Shown: positions 10,242 through 19,220, numbered from the stretch's first letter. The stretch is 64,000 bases of DNA from Candidatus Bathyarchaeota archaeon (GCA_963815095.1 CAWFFH010000003.1:1376001-1440000); one strand, 5' to 3'. The notes: generated from the sequence alone by a model not told the origin. Numbers and translations: made by a program.

Positions 10242-10469
10242 ATGAAAAAGTCAGATGGCATCCGCGATATTCTTAAAAACACCAAACATCGAAAACCCAC
10301 CCAAATTTACTGTCCTCGATGTGCTAGCCCAAAAATCAAGTTGTCTAGTAGTTTAGATATTTGGTTAACTCCAAGGCAATACTACTGTGAAAACTGTGGT
10401 TACCTTGGCATAATTGTTATGGAACTCGAAGAAAAAAACGAAGATGAAAAAGAAAAAGAAGAAACTTAG
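10242..10469 (+). CDS. Small zinc-ribbon protein
   Basis: CPRCAS...YYCENCGY; GGTGA RBS-like sequence upstream. Confidence 0.7.
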   Translation: MKKSDGIRDILKNTKHRKPTQIYCPRCASPKIKLSSSLDIWLTPRQYYCENCGYLGIIVMELEEKNEDEKEKEET

Positions 10470-10494
10470 ATTTGCTCAAATTAAGAAATATGCC

Positions 10495-11439
10495 CTAATC
10501 GGGCAATTCAAGATTTAATTGTTTTTTGAGTGTCTTGTAGCGGTTGCGCACTGTTACTTCGGTAACGCCGGCGGCTTCAGCGATGTCTTTTTGAGTTTTC
10601 TTCTCGTTGTTTTGCAGGCATGCAATGTATAGGGCAGCAGCAGCTAAACCCATCGGGTCTTTTCCTGCCGCAGCACGCTTTCGCCTTGCTTCACGAAGAA
10701 TTTGGATAGCTGCACCTTGAGTTTTGCCTGAGATGCCTGTTTTTTCAGCAATCTTTGACACGTATGTTAGTGGGTCAGCGATGGGCATATGAACGTCGAG
10801 TTCTCGCAATAGGAGTCTGTAGCATCTTGCAACATCTTTCTTGTCAACTAGGCTGGCTTCTGCGATTTCTCGGAGGGTTCTTGGGGTTCCGCTTCCACGG
10901 CACGCAGCATACAACGCGGCTGCGGCTATTGCTGCAATTGAGCGACCGCGAACTAAGCCTTTGTCGAGTGCTTTGCGGTAAACGACAGCGGCTTTTTCTT
11001 TAATTGGTGGAGGTATGTAGACTTTATCTGATAAGCGGTCAAGTTCAGCCATGGCTTGGGCAAGGTTGCGGTCAATGGATGAGTGAACTCTACTTCGAAT
11101 TTGCCATTTGCGAAGACGCCACATCTGCAGCCTAGTTGAAAGGGGCAGTTTTCTTCCAAACGCATCACGGTCCACTTGGCTGATGGCTGTGGATAAGCCT
11201 TTGTCATGAACGGAATAAGAAGTGGGAACTCCAACTCGGCTTCTGGAAGCTTTTTCTTCTTGGGTAAATGCGCGCCATTCAGGTCCTTTATCCATCATCT
11301 GCTCGTAGACGACCAGTCCGCAGTCGCCACATACGGTTTCTCCTGTATCGTAATCGTGAACTAAATTCTCGCTACCGCACTCTGGGCACTTGTCTTGCAA
11401 GCGCTGTGCTGTTTTGGGTGGTGTTTCTTTTTTGCTCAA
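10495..11439 (-). CDS. tfb: Transcription initiation factor IIB (TFB)
   Basis: CPECGS...CGDCG Zn ribbon, GPEWRAF, two cyclin repeats, GVTEVTVRNRYK. Confidence 0.97.
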   Translation of the reverse strand: MSKKETPPKTAQRLQDKCPECGSENLVHDYDTGETVCGDCGLVVYEQMMDKGPEWRAFTQEEKASRSRVGVPTSYSVHDKGLSTAISQVDRDAFGRKLPLSTRLQMWRLRKWQIRSRVHSSIDRNLAQAMAELDRLSDKVYIPPPIKEKAAVVYRKALDKGLVRGRSIAAIAAAALYAACRGSGTPRTLREIAEASLVDKKDVARCYRLLLRELDVHMPIADPLTYVSKIAEKTGISGKTQGAAIQILREARRKRAAAGKDPMGLAAAALYIACLQNNEKKTQKDIAEAAGVTEVTVRNRYKTLKKQLNLELPD

Positions 11440-11811
11440 TCTCTCTACCTCGATTTTGCTATGCGTAGAACCGTCACCAAGGCCATTTGGCTAGAAAGTA
11501 GTATATTCGGCCCGCGCAAACTATGCAAAGGAACGGACCTAATATTTAAGATTTGTGGTTTATTAAACTTATTGCACATAATGGTTTCGAATTGCCCAAA
11601 ATATCAAAATTCGCATATGGAAAATAACATAAAAAAGTGTAAAAAAGATCATAACTGCGTGAGGAAAAACGTCACTTTATATCATAAATCTCAATCAATA
11701 ATCAAAGAAAACCTAATCAACTTCCACCGCCAACCGTCAGAACGCTTATTAACAAAAAAGCCACCCATAAACCTCTAACAATAAATAAAACAGTGCTAAT
11801 TGAAACCGTGC

Positions 11812-11884
11812 AGCCCGGTGGTGTAGTGGTCAAGCATAGAGGGCTTTGGACCCTTTGACGAGAGTTCGAATCTCTCCCGGGCTA
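11812..11884 (+). tRNA. tRNA-Gln (TTG)
   Basis: Acceptor AGCCCGG/CCGGGCT, anticodon arm GAGGG-CTTTGGA-CCCTT, T-arm GAGAG-TTCGAAT-CTCTC; no intron, CCA not encoded. Confidence 0.93.
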
Positions 11885-12092
11885 CTTTTCGCGCATCTTG
11901 AGTTGGAGTTTTTATTCAAACCATTAAGCGAGATTAAGATAATATTAGATCGAACATCAAAGGTCAAACCACCCCAAAGATAAGGCAGGTTTTAGATAAA
12001 CGGACCCGAGAGTTCGGGCGCGGACTTAGTATTAACTTCGAAAATTCGTCAATTAGATAGAATAAGATTCACGTTAACTTTACGATAACAGT

Positions 12093-13196
12093 TTAGATTT
12101 TCACTTTGCAAATTTCGTATACAATCAAATGCGGATATTTCAAGTAAAACCTGTATAAATGAGGATTTTCTTTTTCCAATTCAACACTTGGATTGGGCTC
12201 ATAAATCCTAAAAATAGCCAAGGAATTCTCGCTAAGAGCGCTCGTCATTTCATCAAGGGTAAACCAATGGTGCGGATTGTCTTTAGCATTGTACTCTATT
12301 TTGTAATTAGGCAAACGTCCATGAAAGCGTCCTTTGCTTGAGGAAGTTATGCCTTTCGCAAGTTGACCAAAAAACGGATGCGCCTCAATAATAAAAAATC
12401 GACCCTCATCTTTCATAACTCTTCTAATTTCGCTTAAAGCCTGAGTGAAATCCTTATGATTATGCATTTGTCTACAATAGTCAAAACTCACAATCGTATC
12501 TATCGCGACAATATAGTCAAACTTTTCAGACGGCACATTTTTTGCAAAATCAAGAAAATCCCCCTGCAAAAACTCTACATTTTCAAGTCCTAGTCTTTGC
12601 TTAAGTTCATTTGCTTTCGAAATCAGAAATGCACTTCTGTCAATTCCAGTTACGTGTGCTCCATGTTTGGCTAAAATCTTGGAAAAGTAACCTGGTCCAC
12701 ATCCAAAATCGAGGATTGTCTTTCCAGATATTTTTTCTTTTGTAAAAAATTGGGTAACGAAATTTTCTACACAATATTTGTAGTATACTCGGCTTTCAGG
12801 TCGTATGTCTGAAACGTCATCGTAAAATTTCATTTTAAACCATTTTTCCATAGTCCCTTGCTGCTCATCATATTCCTTCAAAGTCTCACCCATTGCAGTT
12901 GTTATTGAATTGTTGACAGCCGACGCCACCAGCTTATTGATGTTTTGCAGGGACATATTTGAACCATAATTGTCTATGATTTTTTCGCCAAATGCAGAAT
13001 TTAGCCATTCTTTGTACTCGGGCAACATTTTTTCGATGACTTCACGGACGGTTGATTGCAGTTTTGCATAAATTTCTGGATCTAACTTTTCAAAATATGG
13101 AAGTTTTTCCGAAGGTGCGTTCAGGCGTTGATTTTGTTTTTTGGTTTTTGTATGTCTTTTAGAGAGGGTTTTGGTTGTTGGTTTATTTTTAGGCAA
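12093..13196 (-). CDS. Class I SAM-dependent methyltransferase with N-terminal domain homologous to the adjacent precursor peptide
   Basis: Motif I ILDFGCGPG, VTGIDRS, EFLQGDF, KFDYIV, RVMKDEGRF, HPF; residues 31-108 align with the precursor leader and follower. Confidence 0.88.
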   Translation of the reverse strand: MPKNKPTTKTLSKRHTKTKKQNQRLNAPSEKLPYFEKLDPEIYAKLQSTVREVIEKMLPEYKEWLNSAFGEKIIDNYGSNMSLQNINKLVASAVNNSITTAMGETLKEYDEQQGTMEKWFKMKFYDDVSDIRPESRVYYKYCVENFVTQFFTKEKISGKTILDFGCGPGYFSKILAKHGAHVTGIDRSAFLISKANELKQRLGLENVEFLQGDFLDFAKNVPSEKFDYIVAIDTIVSFDYCRQMHNHKDFTQALSEIRRVMKDEGRFFIIEAHPFFGQLAKGITSSSKGRFHGRLPNYKIEYNAKDNPHHWFTLDEMTSALSENSLAIFRIYEPNPSVELEKENPHLYRFYLKYPHLIVYEICKVKI

Positions 13197-13375
13197 AAAT
13201 AATCGCTGCTCTCTTTATGATCTCTCAAGATAATATTTATGTTTTTTTGCAGGATATGGAATCAAAAAGGAAACTGGCGGAATGCAAAGAAAAATGGTAG
13301 CCACTACACCTTTACTGCGTAAATGGTCGAGCGATTTTCAGTTAATGGCGTTCGGTTTCTGAACTGCGAAGCTTC

Positions 13376-13834
13376 TTATTTGAACTGCTCTTTCAAAGCT
13401 TGACGAATTGCTCCCATCATAGCCTCGTTGACAGCATTAACAACCTTGTCATCAATGTTTTTAGCTGGCGTGGGACATTGGTTGCTGCATGCACTGCACA
13501 ATTGTGTTGGGCAGTCATTTCCACATGAACTACACAGCTCTACTGGACAATCGTTTCCACATGAACTACAGATTTCTACCGGGCAATCGTCGGCTGCTAT
13601 CAATGAAGAATTTACCCATCGCTGATATTCCGGCAAAGTTTTTGCTACAGCATCACGTATTGTTGATTGCAGCTTTGCATACATTTTAGGATCCAGTCTT
13701 TCAATAGTTGGCATTTTTGCCAAAGTTTTCTGTAAACGCTTCTTTTGGGCTGGAGTCAATTTTTTTTCCAATGGAACAGCTTTTGATTTTTTTAAGGAAG
13801 AGTTGAGTATACGTTTATTTTTTGCCAAAAACAA
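13376..13834 (-). CDS. Putative RiPP precursor with Cys-rich 12-aa repeats flanked by leader and follower
   Basis: Core DCPVEICSSCGN-DCPVELCSSCGN-DCPTQLCSACSN-QCP (10 Cys); lies between rSAM/SPASM and methyltransferase genes on the same strand. Confidence 0.8.
   Translation of the reverse strand: MFLAKNKRILNSSLKKSKAVPLEKKLTPAQKKRLQKTLAKMPTIERLDPKMYAKLQSTIRDAVAKTLPEYQRWVNSSLIAADDCPVEICSSCGNDCPVELCSSCGNDCPTQLCSACSNQCPTPAKNIDDKVVNAVNEAMMGAIRQALKEQFK
13472..13588 (-). repeat. 36-bp coding tandem repeat (3 copies plus a partial) in the precursor core
   Basis: tttccacatgaactaca occurs at 13518 and 13554, 36 nt apart; the third copy is more diverged. Confidence 0.9.
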
Positions 13835-13916
13835 TCACTACATTGAGGTATTAACTCGCTTTATTTAATGTTTATTGTGAAGTAAAGTTGGGGGCTGGAT
13901 TATTGGACAGAATTCT

Positions 13917-15332
13917 TCAACCGTTGGCTTCTGAACATTGGTTTTTTTGAGATTCCAGCAAGAAATTGTATGAAATTAGGAGCTTTAGTATTTCATTTTG
14001 AAAAGCACAGAAGTAGTCTTCTTTTATGCCAAGTTGGCCAGTTTTAACATAGATATCGTAGGCGCATCCTCCGCCGCAAATTCCAATCGCCGCACATCGC
14101 ATGCAATCTTTATTTTTTAGAGTGCCTATTTCCAGCCATTTGTGAAATAATGGTTCTTCTTGAATTTTCAAATCATCTTTAATTGGAATTTGACATTTAC
14201 CCGACGGATAGAACGCATGACATGGTCCGACTGTTCCGGTTGGCGAAAAAAATAGTAGCTGACCAAAGGCTGGGCAATCATATATGTGAAATATTTCTTT
14301 GAAAAAATAATTTGCTCGCCGATTATCAATGCGATCTTCAAACATGTGTAATTCTTTTGCTCTCAAGTAGGCCGCAAAAAGATGATGCGCAAGCTTTTTG
14401 GGATCTGGCACCTCAAATTCGGTTGGCTCTTTAAGTCTGGTTAACAAGTTGAAGCCTATGGTTCTGATTCCCAGTTTTTGGATAAACTCTATTATTTCTT
14501 CTGCGTGCTCATAGTTCTGTTTTGTGATTGTGCATGATATTCCTATATTTAAGCCTGCTTCTTTCAGAAGAGCCAACGCTTTAAGTGCTGAATAGAAGGT
14601 TTCTTTTCCATCGGTGAAAACGCGGTTTCTATCAATGTTGGCCCATCCGTCAAGCGACAATCCAACGGCAACGTCGTGTTTTTTAAGTTTTTTAGCTATC
14701 TCTTCGGTTATTAGGCTCCCATTTGTTACGCAGGAAAACAGGAATTTCTTAGATGCCTGCTCGAGCTTCTCAATAATGTAGAAAACAATTTCGCTGTTGC
14801 TAAACGGCTCTCCCCCATAAAATGTAACCCTGAATTCTGGAACTTGCTTTGCCTCGTTGATTAGAACATTTATGACTTTATCCGCTAAATCCTTGGACAT
14901 CACTGTACTTGGTCTTTTCAGATTGTTTTCTATAAAACAGTAACCGCACCTGAAATTGCAGAAGTCAGTCACCAAAATATAGCCAAGGCTAGGTTGGGGG
15001 CTTTTCCTAAGCAAGCTGGCAGCAACGGCATCAAACACTTTTTTCGCATCAAAACCCCGAGGGACAACAAATTTTAGTTCAATTAACTCCTTGATGTCGC
15101 TACTGCGGATTCCGCTGCTTAGATCTGCCAAAATCTTTTCGTACTTTTTGTTGGTTAAATATATTTTTTTGAGAGTTAAAGAATTGAAAAGGCACTTCGT
15201 TGATTCATCAATATCGAACAGGTGGACAAACGGCGAAAGAATTAACTGGGCAGACTCTTCTCGGAGCATTTGCTTAGAAGGCTGGTTCTTATTTATAATC
15301 TCATTAACATCTTTAGACTGTTTTTTGCTCAT
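13917..15332 (-). CDS. Radical SAM/SPASM-domain peptide maturase with probable N-terminal RRE
   Basis: CNFRCGYC, FYGGEP, TNGSL, SLDG; SPASM cysteines YDCPAFG..GPCH..DCMRCAAIGICGGGCAYD..FC; about 110-aa N-terminal extension. Confidence 0.9.
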   Translation of the reverse strand: MSKKQSKDVNEIINKNQPSKQMLREESAQLILSPFVHLFDIDESTKCLFNSLTLKKIYLTNKKYEKILADLSSGIRSSDIKELIELKFVVPRGFDAKKVFDAVAASLLRKSPQPSLGYILVTDFCNFRCGYCFIENNLKRPSTVMSKDLADKVINVLINEAKQVPEFRVTFYGGEPFSNSEIVFYIIEKLEQASKKFLFSCVTNGSLITEEIAKKLKKHDVAVGLSLDGWANIDRNRVFTDGKETFYSALKALALLKEAGLNIGISCTITKQNYEHAEEIIEFIQKLGIRTIGFNLLTRLKEPTEFEVPDPKKLAHHLFAAYLRAKELHMFEDRIDNRRANYFFKEIFHIYDCPAFGQLLFFSPTGTVGPCHAFYPSGKCQIPIKDDLKIQEEPLFHKWLEIGTLKNKDCMRCAAIGICGGGCAYDIYVKTGQLGIKEDYFCAFQNEILKLLISYNFLLESQKNQCSEANG

Positions 15333-15520
15333 TTACCCACCTAAAAACAATGCCATCTTAAATGTCCCTAAACTAACAAATTATTAAAATCTTTCCTAAA
15401 ATCTCAATGGCGGCACTTTTAATCCATATTCAGATCAGCTTTAAAACTCTAGAATCCAAAAAACACGACAAGTTATGAAGCGACAAGACATAAAAGCAAC
15501 TAAAGGACCTGTCTAGAAAC

Positions 15521-15988
15521 ATGAAGAATATAGACCAACCCAAGGGTGAGTCTCCATCCCAGCTTATAGACGCAAGAATCCAGCAGCTAGGCGACTGGCG
15601 CGGAGAAATGCTTTCCCGCATCCGCGCTTTGATCAAGCAAGCCGACCCTGATGTCGTGGAGGAAGTAAAGTGGATAAAACCCACCAATCCATTGGGAGTT
15701 GCGGTTTGGTCTCACAAAGGGTTGATTTGCACCGGTGAAGTCTACAAAAATGCCGTAAAGATGACCTTCCCCAGCGGTGCTTCTTTGAGCGACCCTTCGG
15801 GTCTTTTCAGCTCCTGTCTCGAGGGTAGCGCGAGGCGTGCAATTGATTTCCACAAGGGTGAAAAAGTCAATGAGGAGGCCCTGAAGGCTCTTATTCGTGC
15901 AGCGTGGCGCACAACATCTCCTCTAACTGAGCCAGATAAAGAGAAAGGTGTATGTAAATTCCCTGCTCATTTAAGATTGTTGTCTTAG
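15521..15988 (+). CDS. DUF1801 (YdhG-like) protein, C-terminus probably frameshifted
   Basis: IDARIQQLGDWRG, EEVKW, VWSHKGLICTGE, ASLSDPSGLF, RRAIDF; apparent 1-nt loss near 15904. Confidence 0.8.
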   Translation: MKNIDQPKGESPSQLIDARIQQLGDWRGEMLSRIRALIKQADPDVVEEVKWIKPTNPLGVAVWSHKGLICTGEVYKNAVKMTFPSGASLSDPSGLFSSCLEGSARRAIDFHKGEKVNEEALKALIRAAWRTTSPLTEPDKEKGVCKFPAHLRLLS

Positions 15989-16303
15989 CCCAACCACGTT
16001 TCCGTCAACGTCCTTGACCTGAGCTATCAATAAACGGCCACCTACGTCCTTAACATCTTGTACAACAACAGCACCGACCTTAACCATTGCTTGGAGACTG
16101 CTTTTGATATCCTTTACATCAGTGTAAGCAATGGGTCCCATCTTAGAGTTAGGGTCTAAGCCGACTTCCATGTTGCCAACCTTATAGCCTACATAGTAGG
16201 GGCTTGCGACATACGGTTCGGCGTCTAAAAACTTGCTATAAAATGCTTTAGCTTTTTCTACATCTTTAACCGGATAGACAATAAGTTTAATGTTTTGTGA
16301 CAT
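15971..16303 (-). CDS. VOC/glyoxalase family protein
   Basis: YPVKDVEKAKAFY, VKDVGG..LIAQVKDVDGNVVGL. Confidence 0.85.
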   Translation of the reverse strand: MSQNIKLIVYPVKDVEKAKAFYSKFLDAEPYVASPYYVGYKVGNMEVGLDPNSKMGPIAYTDVKDIKSSLQAMVKVGAVVVQDVKDVGGRLLIAQVKDVDGNVVGLRQQS

Positions 16304-16804
16304 ATTATATCTCCACTAAAATTAATGACTAATAACTGTACAATCAATTTGCTTGATAAAGTTATTGTTAATGAGACAAACCATTCCCGCAGCAAACCTG
16401 GAAATAGTTAACATTTAGAAGGAGAAAAACGGGTTAATTTCTGCTGAATCTGCTGTTTTTCTTCTTTCAATTTAATGTCACCGGTTTACAAAAACAACAA
16501 TGCATGCCATCCTAATTTGTCCACAGATCTTCCCAAAATCAAAAACTGAATGTTAGAAGTAGTCGTCTAGGAGATTTGCTTAGACAACTACTACCAGATA
16601 CAGAAATTAAATTAGAAGCAGCTCGTTAACTGTTAGACGAAGTGCAATTTTTTCAACTTCCTTCTTCTTTTTAAGATATTTCTCCTTTTCTCAAATTTCG
16701 AGGATGTCGATCAGCTCTGTATCTTTTTTTTAAATTTTTCCAGCAAAATAGTTGGAAATAAGCAGAAGGTAGAAAAACAATCTCCCACATACTCTTAGTC
16801 TTAG

Positions 16805-17365
16805 GTGTTCAAGTTGGCGTTGGATTGTTTTCTGCCTGACAAAACGATTCTTATAGACGCTTCAGGATGGAGCGACCTCTTACTAGGCGTTGTGGTAGGT
16901 GCACTAAAACCCCCCCACCCAATGCTCATGGAGCGACGAATTCCTACCGCGTCCTTTCAGCCTCCTAACTTTAAAAACAAAAAATACTTAGAAGACGCCA
17001 TAAAAATCGCCAACGAAATCATCACCGTAATGCAGCCGGACGCTGAAACATGCTTCAAAGTTTGCACAGAATACGTCTTATCCAGCGTGGCCTTGTACTT
17101 AGAAAGTCAAGGGTTCAAAGTTACAAGAGTTGAATCCACCGGCGAGCTCAAACCGTTGGTTGACCAAGCCTACATAAGATGGTGTGTAGAAAAAGGCGTG
17201 CCCGAGGAGATCCTGAAGGATAAACGGCGTTTTTGGGTATTTCTGGATTGGGTTGCTGAAAATCCTCATCTAAGGGAGGGGCTTGTGAAGACTGGGTGGG
17301 CAAGCTGGGAACAAAAATGGCGCGAAGAAATATACAAAAACCCTAAACTAACTCGACCAAAATAA
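16805..17365 (+). CDS. Hypothetical protein, possible RNase H-like fold
   Basis: ILIDASGWSDLLLGVVVG resembles the RNase HII first strand; C-terminal VKTGWASW. Confidence 0.55.
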   Translation: MFKLALDCFLPDKTILIDASGWSDLLLGVVVGALKPPHPMLMERRIPTASFQPPNFKNKKYLEDAIKIANEIITVMQPDAETCFKVCTEYVLSSVALYLESQGFKVTRVESTGELKPLVDQAYIRWCVEKGVPEEILKDKRRFWVFLDWVAENPHLREGLVKTGWASWEQKWREEIYKNPKLTRPK

Positions 17366-17366
17366 T

Positions 17367-17987
17367 TTGATTCAGAAACCTTTCGTGACAGCCATGGCTA
17401 AAACAAAGAAAATAATAGGGCACAATCAAACATCCAAACAATTAACCCTCGACCATCTGCCTAATACACCAAAGCATGAATCCACCGAAACCACAGCGCA
17501 AGTTCAAGAGAAAAGAATAATCATTACTGAAGTTGGTACCGTAACTAAAGAGGATGAGTTAGCCGTAAAAATAAGCTTCAAACTCTTTCCCTCAAAAACT
17601 GCATTTTCAAGAGTGCAGTCAGATTTATCGTTTGATAACCCAAAAATCAGTTCCGTTCCGGTTAGGATTCCTCAGGGGCCTTTATCGGCAGACGAGTTTG
17701 AACTAACGCCCGTGCTGGATATGAAAGGAGTACCTGCAGGAGTTCATAACATAAGAGTAGAAATGTATGAGTTGTGGTCTTCAGGTGAGAGGCTTTCCGA
17801 AGCCGCCAAGGAAGTGAATGAGGATTATGTGCCTCAAACCCGCGAATCCAAGTTCGTTAAAGTTCCAATTGTTAAAAGTGTTGCAGGGGCTGATTTAGCG
17901 GTGGTCTCTGAATCCGAGAGGGAAGTTTATCGAGAAATTGAAAAAACAATGAAAAAGGAGCAATTAAGCCAACGGGACGACTGGTAG
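17367..17987 (+). CDS. Hypothetical protein (beta-rich, possibly Ig-like)
   Basis: 206-aa ORF co-oriented with 16805; PAGVHNIRVEM motif; true start may be downstream. Confidence 0.55.
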   Translation: MIQKPFVTAMAKTKKIIGHNQTSKQLTLDHLPNTPKHESTETTAQVQEKRIIITEVGTVTKEDELAVKISFKLFPSKTAFSRVQSDLSFDNPKISSVPVRIPQGPLSADEFELTPVLDMKGVPAGVHNIRVEMYELWSSGERLSEAAKEVNEDYVPQTRESKFVKVPIVKSVAGADLAVVSESEREVYREIEKTMKKEQLSQRDDW

Positions 17988-18290
17988 TTTTTCCAGTTGA
18001 ACCTTAAGAGGTTATTTCTTTTTTCCTTTTGGAGGAAGTTGACTTAACATAGCTTTCTTTTTTGCTTCTTTTTCTCTTTCAAGTTTCTTTCTTTGTTCAA
18101 GCTGTGTATTTTTATTTTTTCTACTCATAACGCTCATATTTCGACACTACAACAAATAAGTAACAATTCTCACACTAAAACGTTATCTTTTTAAATTAGA
18201 CCTTTTCATTTGTCAAAAAAAAAACTTATCATCGATTTATTCATTTTTATCGAAATCGTTATGAGATAAGAAGATAATATTTACTTTGGT

Positions 18291-18473
18291 TTGCTCGTTT
18301 GGAGTTCAAGGATTTTGACGACTAAGACTTTGCTTTGCGGTTGCGTTTACGAAGAGAACGAGTGGATGCTTGTTCGAATCAAAGAGTGTGAAAAGCATCA
18401 TAAGGAACGGCATAAGAAAGTAGAGTATCGTCCAAAAGCAGAATGCAATCGTAATGATACGAGAGGCGAATAA
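18291..18473 (+). CDS. Possible small Cys/His protein
   Basis: LCGC...ECEKHH in an AT-rich region; short, with no other support. Confidence 0.3.
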   Translation: MLVWSSRILTTKTLLCGCVYEENEWMLVRIKECEKHHKERHKKVEYRPKAECNRNDTRGE

Positions 18474-18606
18474 GACTAATTAACTCCATCTGTGAGTTTA
18501 TAGTTTCTAATTAAGTCGCTATTATTTTGACTTAACCGTTATTATTTTAACTATGATACTGGTAGTGTTATATAGTGAGATTACCGCATATATAGTGTGA
18601 AACAGA

Positions 18607-18909
18607 TTGTCTAAACAAGAGAAAATTAAAAGCAAGCATGTAGTCGCAAAAGTAACTCCGGTCAAAGAAATCCCAGAAGGAAGAAAAATCGCCAAAATAC
18701 CCGAATATGATGTGGTCTTCAAACAAATAGTTGAAAGCTCTGAAAAAATGTTCAAAATTGAAGTCGAAGGCAAAACCGTACGGTCAATGTACGCTCCATT
18801 TACATTCAGAGTAAAAAAATTCAACCGAACACCAGACAGAAAATTCAACCTAGCACTCAGGGTACGCAACAAAGAAATTTACATTGTGAAGTTAGAAAAG
18901 AAGGACTAA
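18607..18909 (+). CDS. Small basic hypothetical protein
   Basis: 100-aa Lys-rich ORF, TATA-like sequence upstream, T-tract downstream. Confidence 0.6.
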   Translation: MSKQEKIKSKHVVAKVTPVKEIPEGRKIAKIPEYDVVFKQIVESSEKMFKIEVEGKTVRSMYAPFTFRVKKFNRTPDRKFNLALRVRNKEIYIVKLEKKD

Positions 18910-18949
18910 AATTTTTATCTTTTTCCCCAACCTTTTAACTATTACATCA

Positions 18950-19194
18950 GGATTGTCTTTATCAAATTTTATGATGCATCTTAAGAAAGAAAATCCACTT
19001 GACATACGAAACCGACAGTTTAGTGAATATTTGAACGCTTTCTTTGACCGCATGGTTAAACGTTGAAAGAATCAAAGTTGGAAAAAGAAAAACGATTGAT
19101 ACGTATTAGTGAAGAAGCTTTGTTGTTTGCCAAGTATTTGAGAAACGAAAAGAAAGACTGGAATCCAAGAATAGCTAATTGGAAGCTTGCGTGA
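18950..19194 (+). pseudogene. Probable frameshifted 3' remnant of a cas1/casposase-like gene
   Basis: Joined frames give NFMMHLKK..KIHLTYETDSL..LNAFFDRMV.VERIKVGKRKTIDT.ISEEALLFAKYLRNEKKDWNPRIA; recognised from memory as a Cas1 C-terminus, not searched. Confidence 0.55.
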
Positions 19195-19220
19195 CAAGTT
19201 GAGTTAGTAAAGAAACCTTA

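Noticed and set aside
11395-11778. 127-aa ORF between tfb and tRNA-Gln
   Set aside because: It overlaps the tfb start and an AT-rich promoter region, and has no motifs
12002-12018. ggacccgagagttcg resembles part of the tRNA-Gln (possible att remnant)
   Set aside because: The match is short and needs a 6-nt gap; it is equally explained as a small CCCGA/TCGGG hairpin between convergent genes
13472-13588. 36-nt periodicity as a possible CRISPR array
   Set aside because: No unique spacers; these are in-frame coding repeats
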